Origin: the human T2T-CHM13v2.0 reference genome, Homo sapiens
Length of the DNA stretch: 64,000 nt
NCBI RefSeq assembly: GCF_009914755.1
Contig: NC_060939.1
Strand: one strand, 5' to 3'
A program made the translations under genes and the position numbers. The notes under the pieces are model-generated. The model did no database searches. It saw only the letters and a list, made by a program, of their open reading frames with translations, and had not been told where the DNA came from. Shown in pieces: positions 10,740 to 26,543 of this stretch; the first letter of the stretch is position 1; each line of letters opens with the position of its first letter.

Positions 10740-11765
10740 ATGGGGAAAAACAAGAGCACAAAAGCTGAAAAGTCTAAAAAGCAGAGTGCCTCTTCTCCTC
10801 CAAAGGAACGCAGCTTCTCGCCAGCAACAGACCAAAGCTGGATGGAGAATGACTTTGACGAGTTGAGAGAAGAAGGCTTCGGAAGATCAGTAATAACAAA
10901 CTTCTGGGAGCTAAAGGAGAATGTTCGAACCAATTGCAAAGAAGCTAAAAACCTTGAAATAAGATTGGACAAATGGCTAACTAGAATAAACAGTGTAGAG
11001 AAGAACTTAAATGACCTGACTGAGCTGAAAACCATGGCACGAGAACTACGTGACGCATGCACAAGCTTCAGTAGCCGATTCGATCAACTGGAAGAAAAGG
11101 TATCAGTGATTGAAGATCAAATGAATGAAATGAAGCAAGAAGAGAAGTTTAGAGAAAAAAGAGTAAAAAGAAATGAACGAAGCTTCCAAGAAATATGGGA
11201 CTACGTGAAAAGACCAAATCTACGTCTGATTGGTGTACCTCGAAGTGACGGGGAGAATGGAACCAAGTTGGAAAACACTCTTCAGGATATTATCCAGGAG
11301 AACTTCCCCAACCTAGAAAGGCAAGCTAACATTCAAATTCAGGAAATACAGAGAATGCCACAAAGATACTCCTCGAGAAGAGCAACCCCAAGACACATAA
11401 TTGTCAGATTCACCAAGGTTGAAATGAAGGAAAAAATGTTAAGGGCAGCCAGAGAGAAAGGTCATGTTACCCACAAAGGGAAGCCCATCAAACTAACAGC
11501 TGATCTCTCGGCAGAAACTCTACAAGCCAAAAGAGAGTGGGGGCCAAAATTCAACATTCTTAAAGAAAAGAATTTTCAACCCAGAATTTCATATCCAGCC
11601 AAACTAAGCTTCATAAGTGAAGGAGAAATAAAATCCTTTACAGACAAGCAAATGCTGAGACATTTTGTCACCACCAGGCCTGCCCTACAAGAGCTCCTGA
11701 AGGAAGCTCTAAACATGGAAAGGAACAACCAGTACCTGCACTGCAAAAAACATACCAAATTGTAA
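10740..11765 (+). CDS. LINE-1 ORF1p, open frame of 341 aa
   Basis: MGKNKSTK...EIWDYVKRPNLRLIGVP...REKG...YPAKLSF; coiled-coil, RRM and CTD all present. Confidence 0.9.
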   Translation: MGKNKSTKAEKSKKQSASSPPKERSFSPATDQSWMENDFDELREEGFGRSVITNFWELKENVRTNCKEAKNLEIRLDKWLTRINSVEKNLNDLTELKTMARELRDACTSFSSRFDQLEEKVSVIEDQMNEMKQEEKFREKRVKRNERSFQEIWDYVKRPNLRLIGVPRSDGENGTKLENTLQDIIQENFPNLERQANIQIQEIQRMPQRYSSRRATPRHIIVRFTKVEMKEKMLRAAREKGHVTHKGKPIKLTADLSAETLQAKREWGPKFNILKEKNFQPRISYPAKLSFISEGEIKSFTDKQMLRHFVTTRPALQELLKEALNMERNNQYLHCKKHTKL

Positions 11766-11828
11766 AGACCATGGAGGCTAGGAAGAAACTGCATCACCTA
11801 ATGAGCAAAATAACCAGCTAACATCATA

Positions 11829-15645
<3,817 letters not shown>

Positions 15646-15867
15646 ACAATGAAAACGCTTGGACACAGGGTGGGGAACACCATACACCGGGGCCTGTCAT
15701 GGGGTGGGGGGAGTAGGGAGGGATAGCATTAGGAGATATACCTAATATAAATGACGAGTTAATGGGTGCAGCACACCAACATGGCACATGTATACATATG
15801 TAACAAACCTGCAAGTTGTGCACATGTATCCTACAACTTAAAGTATAATAATAAAAAAAAGAAAATG

Positions 15868-16877
15868 CTATCAATATATGCCATAATATGCATAAATCTT
15901 AAAAACATGCTGAGCAAAAGAAGTCAGATATAAAAGAGTGCATAATGTGTAATTTCATTTTTATAGAGCTCAAGAATAGAAAAAAAAAAGTACTCTATAG
16001 TTATAGAAACCAGAGCAATGGTTGCTTTAGAAATAGAAGAGGGCACTGTTTATAAAGGGGCTTGAGGAAACTTTTGAAGGAAATGGAAATTTTATAAAAC
16101 ATGCTTTGGCTAAAGGCTACATGGACATACACACATGTCAAAACTCATCAAACCCTACACTTTAAAATCTGTGCAGTTAACTGTGTATAAATTATGCAAA
16201 AGTATTTATAGTTGATTTCTCATCAGAAACCATGAAGGCCAGAAGGCAGTGGCATAGTGTATTTAGAGTAATAAAAGAAAAAGACTGTCAACTAAGAACT
16301 ATATGACCAGCAAAACATCCTTCAAAAATGAAGATGAAATTGAGATATTCCCAGACAAACAAAAACTGAGAGAGTTGTTACAACTATATCTTCCCTACAA
16401 GACATTCTAAAGGAAATCCTACATGGTAAAATTAAAGGACACTACACAGTAACTCTAATGCATATGAAGAAACAAACAGGCTGGTAAAGGTAACCACGTA
16501 GGTAAAAACAAAAGGCAATATGCATGTATTTTTGTTTGTAACTCTTTTTTTCCCATCGTCTGGTTGTAAAGATAACTGCATAAAGCAATAATTACAAAGC
16601 TCTGTTGATGGAGGCTATAAAATCAAAAAACAAAAATCAATTTTATTTCCATACACTAGCAACAATCTGAAAATAAAATTTTAAAAATAATCCCAGTTAC
16701 AACAGCATGAAAAATAACAAAATTTACAAACAAATTTAACAAAAATAGTAAGAAGTACAACACTTGCACACTGAAAATTGTGAACTATCATTAAAGTCAA
16801 TTAAAGAATATCTAAAAAAATAATAAGATATTCCATGTTCATGGTTTAGAAAGTTTAACACTGTTAAGATGGTATGG
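15868..16877 (+). mobile_element. Ancient L1M fragments (3' end, then ORF1/ORF2 pieces)
   Basis: aaagaagtcagata...aaaactcatcaaac 3' end; gatttctcatcagaaaccatgaaggccagaaggcagtgg ORF1 piece; ttccatgttcatgg ORF2 piece. Confidence 0.65.
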
Positions 16878-17410
16878 CTATTTCCATCTCCAGCACTGTG
16901 AGAGGAACCGCCACCATGTCTGTGCTTCTGCAGTGGATGGTGGGGCAGAACTGCTCCAGTTCCCTGATCAAGAGGAATAAGCAGACCTACAGCACCAAGC
17001 CCAGTAACCTGAAGCCCCACGTTCCCTCTGCTACCATGCCAACTCACCACAAGACTGTGGATGTGAAGCCAACAGCCGATGGAACAGTGTGGTGGTGGTC
17101 ATGAAACAGAGATCAGGCCAGCAAAAGCCAGCCACCTCCTACACGCACGCAGACCACCATCAACAAGAACAACTGGGCCACTTTCAGCAGCATCAGGCAC
17201 ATGATCCTCAAGAACAAAGACTGCCCTGACCTGCACGTGGCTGCCATCCACAGGGCTAATGCCATCCTGCATAGCCAGAGCCTGTGATGGTGAAGAGGAA
17301 GTGAACCTACCCCAACAAGAGTGCGTGAGCCCCCGTCCCCCAAAAGCAATGGTCAGATGACCTTTTCCCCACCAAAAAAAAAAAAAAAAAAAAGAAGAAG
17401 AACAGTAATA
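16878..17410 (+). pseudogene. RPL28P4: Processed pseudogene of ribosomal protein L28
   Basis: ATG at 16916 gives [33 protein letters not shown] versus RPL28 [33 protein letters not shown]. Intronless, frameshifted, ancestral stop at 17326-17328, poly(A) 17374-17393, TSD aagatggtRtgg. The P4 suffix is from recall of this locus. Confidence 0.9.
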
Positions 17411-17417
17411 AAGATGG

Positions 17418-17877
17418 TGTGGTAAGCAGAATAACGACTCACGAAAAGATAGCCACATTCGAAATCCTGGAACCTGTTAAAATGTTAACTTCTGTGGCAA
17501 AAGAGAATTTGTAGATGTGATTACATTAAGGACCTTGATTCGGGGGGCTGGTACTGGATTGTCTGATTGAGTCCAATCTGATCACATGGGTCTTTAAAAG
17601 TAGGGAACCTTTTCCAGCTGTGGGAAGGAAGTGTGACTTCAGAAGTGAGAACCAGGGAAATAGCAGCCTGTGAAGGACTTGGCTTGCCATTGTTGTCTTG
17701 GAAGATGGTGAAGGGTGTGGTAAGCCAAGGAGTGAGGGTACCCTCTCGAGTGGCCAGGGAGGATGCTGTTAAGACCCATGTGGGACTTCTGACCTACAAT
17801 ATTATAAGATAAAATTTGTTGTTTTAAGCCACTTCATTGGTACTAATTTGTTACAAAAGTCATAGAAAGCTAATACA
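17418..17877 (+). mobile_element. MLT1 (MLT1D-like) MaLR solo LTR
   Basis: tgtggtaagcagaataa...ctaataca ends; 5-bp TSD GATGG at 17413-17417 and 17878-17882. Confidence 0.85.
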
Positions 17878-18804
17878 GATGGCAATACATCTAAATTCAT
17901 ATACAGATTCAATGCAATCCCTGTTAAAAATCTCAGCTTTGTTTTTGAAAGAAATTGGCAAGCTGATCATAACATTCATATGGAAATGAAAAGGATGAAG
18001 AACAGCCAAAACTTTGTCTTTAAAAAGGACAAAGGCAGATGACTCAGACCTCCTAATTTTACAACTTAGTACATAGCTGCAATAATCAAGACAGTGTGGA
18101 TACAGACAGACATTTAGAACAATGAAATAGAATTAGGAGTCTAGAAATAAATCCATAAGTCTGTGACCAGTTGGTTTTCAACAGGGTTGCCTAGGCAATT
18201 CAGTGGGGGAAAGAATGGGCTTTTCAACAAATGGTGCTGGGAAAACTGGATTTCCACATGCAAAAGAATGAATTTGGACCCATACCTCACAATATATGTA
18301 AAAATTAACTCAAAAAGAATCAAAGACCATAAATATAAAAGTTAAAACTATAAAATGCTTAGAAGAAAGATAGGCATAAATCTTTTGTCCTTAGTTTAGG
18401 TAATGGCTTCTTAGCTATGACACTAAAGCATCGTCAACAAAAGAAAAAAAAATAGATAAGTTGGACTTCAACAAAATTAAAACTTTTAGGTTTCAAAGGA
18501 CATCATCAAGAAAGTGAAAAGATGGGCAGGCATGGTGGCTCACGCCTGTAATCCCAGCACTTTGGGAGGCCAAGGCAAGTGGATCACTTGAGGCCGGGAG
18601 TTCGAGACTAGCCTGGCCAACATGGAGAAACCCTGCCTCTAATAAAATACAAAAAAAATAGCCAGGTGTGCTGGCACACGCCTATAATCCTAGCTACTCA
18701 GGAGGCTGAGGCATGAGAATTTCTTGAATCTGGAAGGTGGAGGTTGCAGTGAGCCAAGATAGCACCACTGCACTCAAGCCTGGGCAACAGAGCAAGACTG
18801 TCTC

Positions 18805-18835
<31 letters not shown>

Positions 18836-19935
18836 GAAAAGATGACCCATAGAATGGGTGATAATATAAGCAAATCATATCTCTGATAAGGAGCTCACAT
18901 TTATAATATATTAAAAAACTCTTACAACTCAACAATAAAAGGACAAATAATCCAATTTTAAAATGGGCAAAGGATTTGAACAGACATTTCTGCAAAGAAG
19001 ATACACAAATGGCCAATAAACACTTAGAAAGATGCTTAAAGTAATCATCAGAGAGATGCAAATCAAAACCACAATGAGATGCCATTTCACACCTACTTGG
19101 ATGGTTATAATTTTTTAAAATGAACAATAATGAGTGTTAGTAAAGATATGGAGAAATTGGGTCCTTCGTATATTACTGCTGAAAATGTAAAATAGTGCAG
19201 CTGTTTTAGAAAACAGTTTCTCAGTAATGAAGTATAGACTTACCATATTAACTAACAGTTCCACTCCTAGGTTTATATCCAAGAGAATTAAAAACAAGTG
19301 TCCACATAAAAATGTATGCATAAATGTTCAGCATTCTAGCATAATAGCCAAAATATAGTAGTAGTATTCATAATCGTGAAGAAAGTGGAATCCTTCCAAA
19401 TGTCCCTCAACTGATGAACGGATAAATAAAATGTAATATCTCTATACAAGGGAATATCATTCAGCCATAAAATGAATGGAGCACTGATACATGCTATAAC
19501 AATGATAAACTTTGAAAACTTTATGCTAAGTGAAAAAAGCCAGACACAAAAGGCCACATATGTGTGATTCCACATACCTGAAATGTCCAAAACAGGCAAG
19601 TCTATGAAGACAGAAAATAGATTAGTGGTTGTCAATGATCAGGGAGAAGGGAAAATGGGGAGTGCCTGCTAATGGTTACAGAGTTTCTTTTAACATTTTC
19701 TAAACTAAAAAATGTTAGAAACATTAAAAAAAAAGAGATGGAGCAATAAAGCCCACTACAATGCCACCTCTTGGAGACAATGAAAATCTTGAAGTGATGA
19801 AAATGTTCTGGTTGGACCATGATGCTGATTTCACACATTCATGAATAATCCAAGAACCCCTGAAATGTACACTTTAAAAAGGTAAATTTTATGGTATATG
19901 AATCTTTTCTCAGTTAAAAAAAAGAAAAAAAAGAA
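17878..19935 (+). mobile_element. L1MB-like ORF2 and 3' end
   Basis: NKWCWENW motif (18163 ORF); 3' end tgcta...gccagacacaaaaggccacata; interrupted by an Alu. Confidence 0.8.
18525..18830 (+). mobile_element. AluS
   Basis: Dimeric Alu with poly(A); TSD aaagtgaaaagatg at 18511-18524 and 18831-18844. Confidence 0.95.
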
Positions 19936-21974
19936 TGTTGTAGCCATCTGAGAAACAATCTGGAAGTACTTAGTGTTGCTAAATATGTGTATTCCTGTGA
20001 CTCAGCAATCTCACCGCCTGTACACTTCTGATAATCAGATCCACATGGACATATGCGTGGGGATATTTATTGTATTGTTTTTGGCAGCGGGACACTAGAG
20101 GCAACCAGAGTCCATTACTAGGGGAATAGATATGTGAAATGAGGAGAATGCACACTCTGCGACAGCATGTAACAGCTAACCTCAGTGAGCCAGATGGACA
20201 TTCTGTATTGTAAATAGATTACAGAAACAGTGATGAGCTTTAAAAAATAAATAAATAAATAGAAAGTGAGGAAGTGAACAAAATCTGTAACAAGTAAAAC
20301 TTACGTAAATTAGAAATACATAAATACAATATATTCTTCAATGATGCATGCAAATGTAAGAATATAGCACCTTATAATGGCTACCAATGGTGGGCAGTGG
20401 CGGGGACAAGGAGTAAACACTCAGGATGAAGCGGGAAAATGATAAAGTAAAATAGGATCAAACCAAGCACATGCAGATGTTGATGCAGATGCTGATAATG
20501 TGCTATGAACGAGGAGTATAAATAACCCAACTCTCTGCCTTTGAAACCCAAAGGGAGAAAGATAAGGAGGATAAAAAGAAGGAAAGGCAAGAGGGAATGA
20601 GGGAAGAAAGACGCTAGCTCAGATACACTCCAAAATTTTAACAGAGGTGGTCTCCAGGAGGTGAGATTGTAGTGGGGTTTATTTCTCCACCTTTTTTTTT
20701 TAAAAAAAAGTTTTTAACATTTTTTAATTTTAAAAAGTTAAGAAATGCCAAAAGTTTTAGATGGCTTTTGAGTGGCATTTAAGGACAGCCAGAGAATTAT
20801 AACCAGTACCATTCCCTTAGGTCATTAAAGCAGATTAAAAATGACTGCCCTGTGAAATGTAACCCATCACTATCTCTCTCCATTCTTATCAGATACATTC
20901 TTGCCTTAAACTGGCATTCTGAATACTCAGAGAGTCACTAGTGACCTGGGTTCCACTCTGTGTGGTTGAATATTGTCACCCTGCTGAAAGAAGGGCATCT
21001 GATGGGTTTCTGACCAATAAGGCCATCTCTCAAAAGACTTGAAATCAGTAAGAGAAAGGTTCTCCAGGATTTAACTCAGGACTAGCCAAAGAACTGAATG
21101 GGATGAGCAAGTGTCAGGAATCTCAGACATTCTTTTGGAGAACATCTCAGTACCTTGCTTGGCTCCCTGCTGGGGCAGCGCGGTAACCTCCACTGCTGGG
21201 GCCACCTAATGCTACCTGTAGATTCAACTTAGACCCAAGATCTGGTACTACCTACTTTAGAAGGGGGATATTAGGAACGCTGAGTCTAGCACTTTCTGGT
21301 TTCTCGTTGGGTCTGTCTTGTAGTTGGTTCCATGACTTGGTACCCAGTCCTTGCTGGTATGATTGTGTTTCATTTTCCTTCCTGGTGCCCAGGTTCTCCC
21401 ATGACTGGGGTGCTCTTCTGCTAGTCCAAGTCCTGCTGTCTAAACCTAGATCCCATGACTTCTTCGGGTTGCCTGGTTTTCTACTTTATTCTGGCAGAGC
21501 TAAGTGACCTCTAGGCTTGGCCCAACACAGTCCTGGAGATGACAGACCTATAAAAAGTATGGTGCATGAGGCCTATAAGCCAGGAGAAATGTGAAAAGCG
21601 GCCACAGTGAGTTTGTCTGACACCAGTTGGAGCCCCAGATGGGTTAAGCCGTGTAAAATATGGGAGGGCCACAAAGGGTGTGAGTTGGGCATGGATGGGG
21701 GCTAGGGGGACATATTTTAATTAATGTTTTGAGAAAGAAGAGCAAAAGAAAAGGGATAGGGCTACAGCTCTGGGCAGATGGTTACTGTGAGCAGATGGCA
21801 GCCAGAAAGAGCACTATTTTTATTTCTGCTATATTCCTCAACATAGTGCCGTAAGATTAGGGATAGGCATGTACTCTTCAAATTTTCAGAGACGTGAAAA
21901 GAAAGAGGTCCATTTCACAGACTACAAATTGAGTAACAACTTACTATTACAATAATAGAGCAGTAACAATAATG

Positions 21975-22190
21975 AGCTTTAACATTTAGTGAGTGTTTAT
22001 TACCTGCTGGGCATCCTGCTAGGTGCATTCCACATGTTGTCTTGTAATCATCACATGAAACCCATGAAAAAAGTATTAACTTCCTCATTTTACAGATGAG
22101 GAAACTGAGGCTCAGAGAAGTTGAGTATCTTTCCTTAGTTCCTGATGAAAATAGCCAGGATTTCAACCCAGGTGTGTTTGACTTCCAAAC
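21975..22190 (-). mobile_element. MIR SINE
   Basis: cattttacagatgaggaaactgaggctcagagaagtt is an exact MIR core. Confidence 0.85.
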
Positions 22191-22703
22191 TGGTGTTCTT
22201 CAAACTCTAAAATAAATTATTCATGATTGTGTAGGAAATAAAGTGGTGTGCGTTAGGCGCCCACATGAGTGGGTTAACAGCCAGTCAAGTCACACTAAAT
22301 TTAAATCACTTTATTAGACATTTTTACTCTGAACGTTCAGGGAAAGGCTAGAGAGCAAATATGCTTTGACTTCAGCAAGGCGAATTCTCCACAATGCCTT
22401 CACATACCAAAGGAAGGAAAGCAGTTTGGTGGACAACAGATTAGACAGACTTGAGGTGGAATGACCATTTCCTAAAAGTGTTGTTTAATCAATGGATAAA
22501 AACCTCCTACTCAGCAGGAGATCTTCAATGTTCTGCTGAAGGACTTTGAATTTGCCAGGTCCTGCTCAATATGTAGGCATATTTGTCAAATTACAGAAAA
22601 CATAGGAACAATTATTATATTAGATGCTATACTAAAATATTTTTTTCAAATGTCATCAAGCTGGAATGATGAGTCACAACAGACAAGATAAAAATTTCAA
22701 GAA

Positions 22704-23128
<425 letters not shown>

Positions 23129-23328
23129 TTATAGTTGGCTACACAGTCAATCGGATGATATGATTGCTAAATGTAAACTAAACTAAATGGGTTAACCCAG
23201 TTAACCCATTGTTAACTGGGTTAACAATGTCAGGATAAACAGAGGCACTATTCCTTCCACCCTCAACACTACACAGACTCATTTTGATCCTGGGAATATT
23301 TTTTAGAGGGTTGTTTCAGTTACATATT

Positions 23329-23667
23329 TGATATGGTTTTGGCTCCACCTAAATCTCATCTTGGATTGTACTCTTATAATTCCCACGTTATGGAAGGGAC
23401 CCAGTAAGAGATGATTTGAATCATGGGGGCGCTTTCCCCTATACTGTTCTTGCGGTAGTGAATAAGTCTCATGAAAACTGATGGTTTTATCAGGGGTTTT
23501 CACTTTTGCATCTTCCTCATTTTTTCTTGCCACTGCCATGTAAGATGTGCCTCCCACCATGATTCTGAGGCCTCGCCAGTCATGTAGAACTGTAAGTCCA
23601 ATTAAACCTCTTTTTCTCCCCAGTCTGGGGTATGTCTTTATCAGCAGCATGAAAACAGACTAATACA
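23329..23667 (+). mobile_element. THE1A-like MaLR LTR in the 5' LTR position of the HERV-L
   Basis: tgatatggttttggct...gaatcatggggg...ttttcacttttgcatcttcctcatt...gcatgaaaacagactaataca. Confidence 0.85.
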
Positions 23668-23672
23668 GATTT

Positions 23673-23687
23673 TGGTACCAGGAGTGG
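23673..23687 (+). other. Primer-binding site, tRNA-Leu type
   Basis: TGGTACCAGGAGTGG is complementary to the 3' end of tRNA-Leu(TAA), the ERV-L primer. Confidence 0.8.
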
Positions 23688-24390
23688 TTCTAGAGGAACA
23701 GAATATTAAGGACGGAGTTCTTTTGCTGGTTTTGGGGTTTCTGGAGTTGGCTGCTTTATATGATTAGACCCAAAAATACTAAGGACTCTACTTCTAATTG
23801 TATGGAGAACGCTGCTGGTGCTTGGCATAGACTGTTTAGAGAGTTCCTAGAAGTGAAACTGATAGGAAGCCTACTGCATTCCTACTCAATTTATATAAAG
23901 AGAAAACTTCTAGGCCAAATGGACAAAAGATGAATTTGAATTATAAAACAGAGGATCATGACCCCTCAATCAATTTCCAGACTTGAGCCAGTTTACAGAC
24001 ACAGAACCCCCTGAATGAAAGGGAGACTGGGTCCCCTTGAGGAAGGATCCCACTACATTCCTGACAATTTATTTATGCACTGAATTTTTCTCCCATCCTT
24101 CCCCAAGGAGACCTCTGGCCTTTTACTAGGGTAACTGTGCATTGGGGAAAGGGAAATGATCAGACATTTCGGGGACTACTGGACACTGGCTCCGAGCTGA
24201 CGTTGATTCCAGGAGACCCAAAACGTCATTGTGGTCCTCCAGTTAAAGTAGGGTCTTATGGAGGTCAGATAATTAATAGAGTTTTAGCTCAGGTCTGACT
24301 TACAGTGGGTCCAGTGGGTCCCTGGACTCATCCTGTGGTCATTTCCCCAGTGCCAGAATGTATAATTGGCATAGACATACTTAGCAACTG

Positions 24391-25293
24391 GTGGAACCCC
24401 CAATTGGCTCCCTGACTGGTAGGCTGAGGGTTATCATGGTAGCAAAGGCCAAATGGAAGCCATTAGAGCTGCCTCTACCTAGAAAAATAGTAAATCAAAA
24501 ACAATATTGCATCCCTGGAGGGACTGTGGAGATTAGTGCCACCATCAAGGACTTGAAAGACGCAGGGGTGATGATTCCCCCCACATCCCCATTCAACTCT
24601 CCCATTTGCCCTGTGCAGAAGACAGATGGATCTTGGAGAATGACAGTGGATTATCGTAAGCTTAACCAAGTGGTGAGTCCAGTTGCAGCTGCTGTACCAG
24701 ATGTGGTTGTACTGCTTGAGCAAATTAACACATCTCCTGGTACTCGGTATGCAGTCATTGACTTGGCAAATGCCTTTTTCTCCATTCCTGGCCATAAGGC
24801 CCACCGGAAGCAATTTGCCTTCAGCTGGCAAAGCCAGCAATATACCTTTACTGTCCTACCTCATGGGTATATCAACTCTCTGGCTTGGTGTCATAATCTT
24901 TTTCAGAGAGACCTTGATCGCTTTTCGCTTCCACAAGATATCACACTGGTCCATGACATTGATGACATTATGCTGATTGGATCCAGTGAGCAAGAAGTAA
25001 CAAGCACACTGGACTTACTCATGAGATATTTTTGTGCCAGAGGATGGGAAATAAATCCAACTAAAATTCAGGGAACTTCTACGTCAGTAAAATTTCTACG
25101 GGTCTGGTGGTGTGGGGCCTGTCGAGATAGTCTTTCTAAGGTGAAGTATAAATTACTGCATTTGGCCCCTCCTACAACCAAGAAAGGCACAATGCCTAGT
25201 GGGTCTGTTTGGATTTTGGATGCAACACATTCCTCATTTGGGTGTGTTACTCCAGCCCATTTACTGAGTGAGCCGAAAGGCTGCCACTTTTGA
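24391..25293 (+). pseudogene. HERV-L reverse transcriptase fragment
   Basis: SPFNSPICPVQKTDGSWRMTVDYRKLN, IDLANAFFSIP, YTFTVLPHGY, and HDIDD (YxDD motif with Y>D). Confidence 0.9.
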
Positions 25294-26024
25294 ATGGGGT
25301 CCAGGACAGGAGAAGGCTCTGCAATAGGTTCAGGCTGCTGTGCAAGCTGCTCTGCCACTTGGGCCATATGACCCAGCAGATCCAATGGTGCTTGAGGTGT
25401 GTGGCTGATAGGGATGCTATTTGGAGCCTTTGGCAGGCCCCCAAAAGTGAATCACAGCGGAGGCCTCTAGGATTTTGGAGCAAGGCCCTGCCATCTTCTG
25501 CAGATAACTACTCTCCTTGGGAGAGACAGCTCTTGGCCTGTTATTGGGCTTTGGCATAAACTGAACATTTGACTATGAATCATCAAGTCACCATGTGACC
25601 TAAACTTCCTATTAAGAACAGAGTACTTTCTGACCCATCTAGCCATAAAGTGGGTCATGCACAGCAGCATTCCGTCATCAAAGGAAGTGGTACATATGTG
25701 ATCAGGCTCAAGCAGGTCCTGAAGGCACAAACAAGTTACTTGAGGAAGTAACTCAAATGCCCATGGTCTCCACTCCTGCCACCCTGCCTTCTCTCTCGTA
25801 GCCTGCACCGACGGCCTCATGGGGAGTTCCCTATGATCACCTGACAGAGGAAGAGAAGACAGTGGAATGGCCTTTTGAAGTAACAATTACAATGCCAACT
25901 AGGTGACAATACTTTGAGGGGCTGGGGTAAAGTTCTCCAGAAGGCTGTGTATGCTCTGAATCAGCATCCAGTATATGGCACTGTTTCTCCCATAGCTAGG
26001 ATTCATGGGTCCAGGAATTAAGGG

Positions 26025-26543
26025 GTGGAAGTGGAAGTGGCACCATTCACCATCACCCCTAGTGATCCACTAGCAAAATTTTTGCTTCCTGTTCCCAGGA
26101 CATTACTCTCTACTGGCCTAGAGGTCTTTGTTCCAGAGGGAGGAACCCTGCCACGAGGAAACACAACAATGATTCCATTAAACTGGAAGTTAAGATTGCC
26201 ACCTGGACTCTTTGGGCTCCTCCTAGCTTTAAGGCAACAGGCTAAGAATGGAGTTACAGTGTTGGCTGGGGTGGTTGACCCGGACTATCAAGATGAAATC
26301 AGTCTACTACTACACAACAGAGGTAAGGAAAAGTATGCATGGAATACAGGAGATTCATTAGGGTGTCTCTTAGTATTACCATGCCCTGTGATTAAGGTCA
26401 ATGGGAAACTACAACAGCCCAATTCAGGCAGGACTACAAATGACTCAGACCCTTCAGGAATGAAGGTTTGGGTCATTCCACCAGGAAAAAACCACGACCT
26501 GCTGAGGTGCTTGCTGAAGGCTAAGGGAATACAGAATGGGTAG
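26025..26543 (+). pseudogene. HERV-L dUTPase region
   Basis: LRLPPGLFGLL...GVTVLAGVVDPDYQDEISLLLHN dUTPase motifs, 3' of pol as in ERV-L. Confidence 0.85.

Noticed and set aside
24391-25293. Functional retroviral reverse transcriptase
   Set aside because: YxDD reads DIDD, the frame shifts downstream, the start is non-ATG, and gag and integrase are largely deleted.
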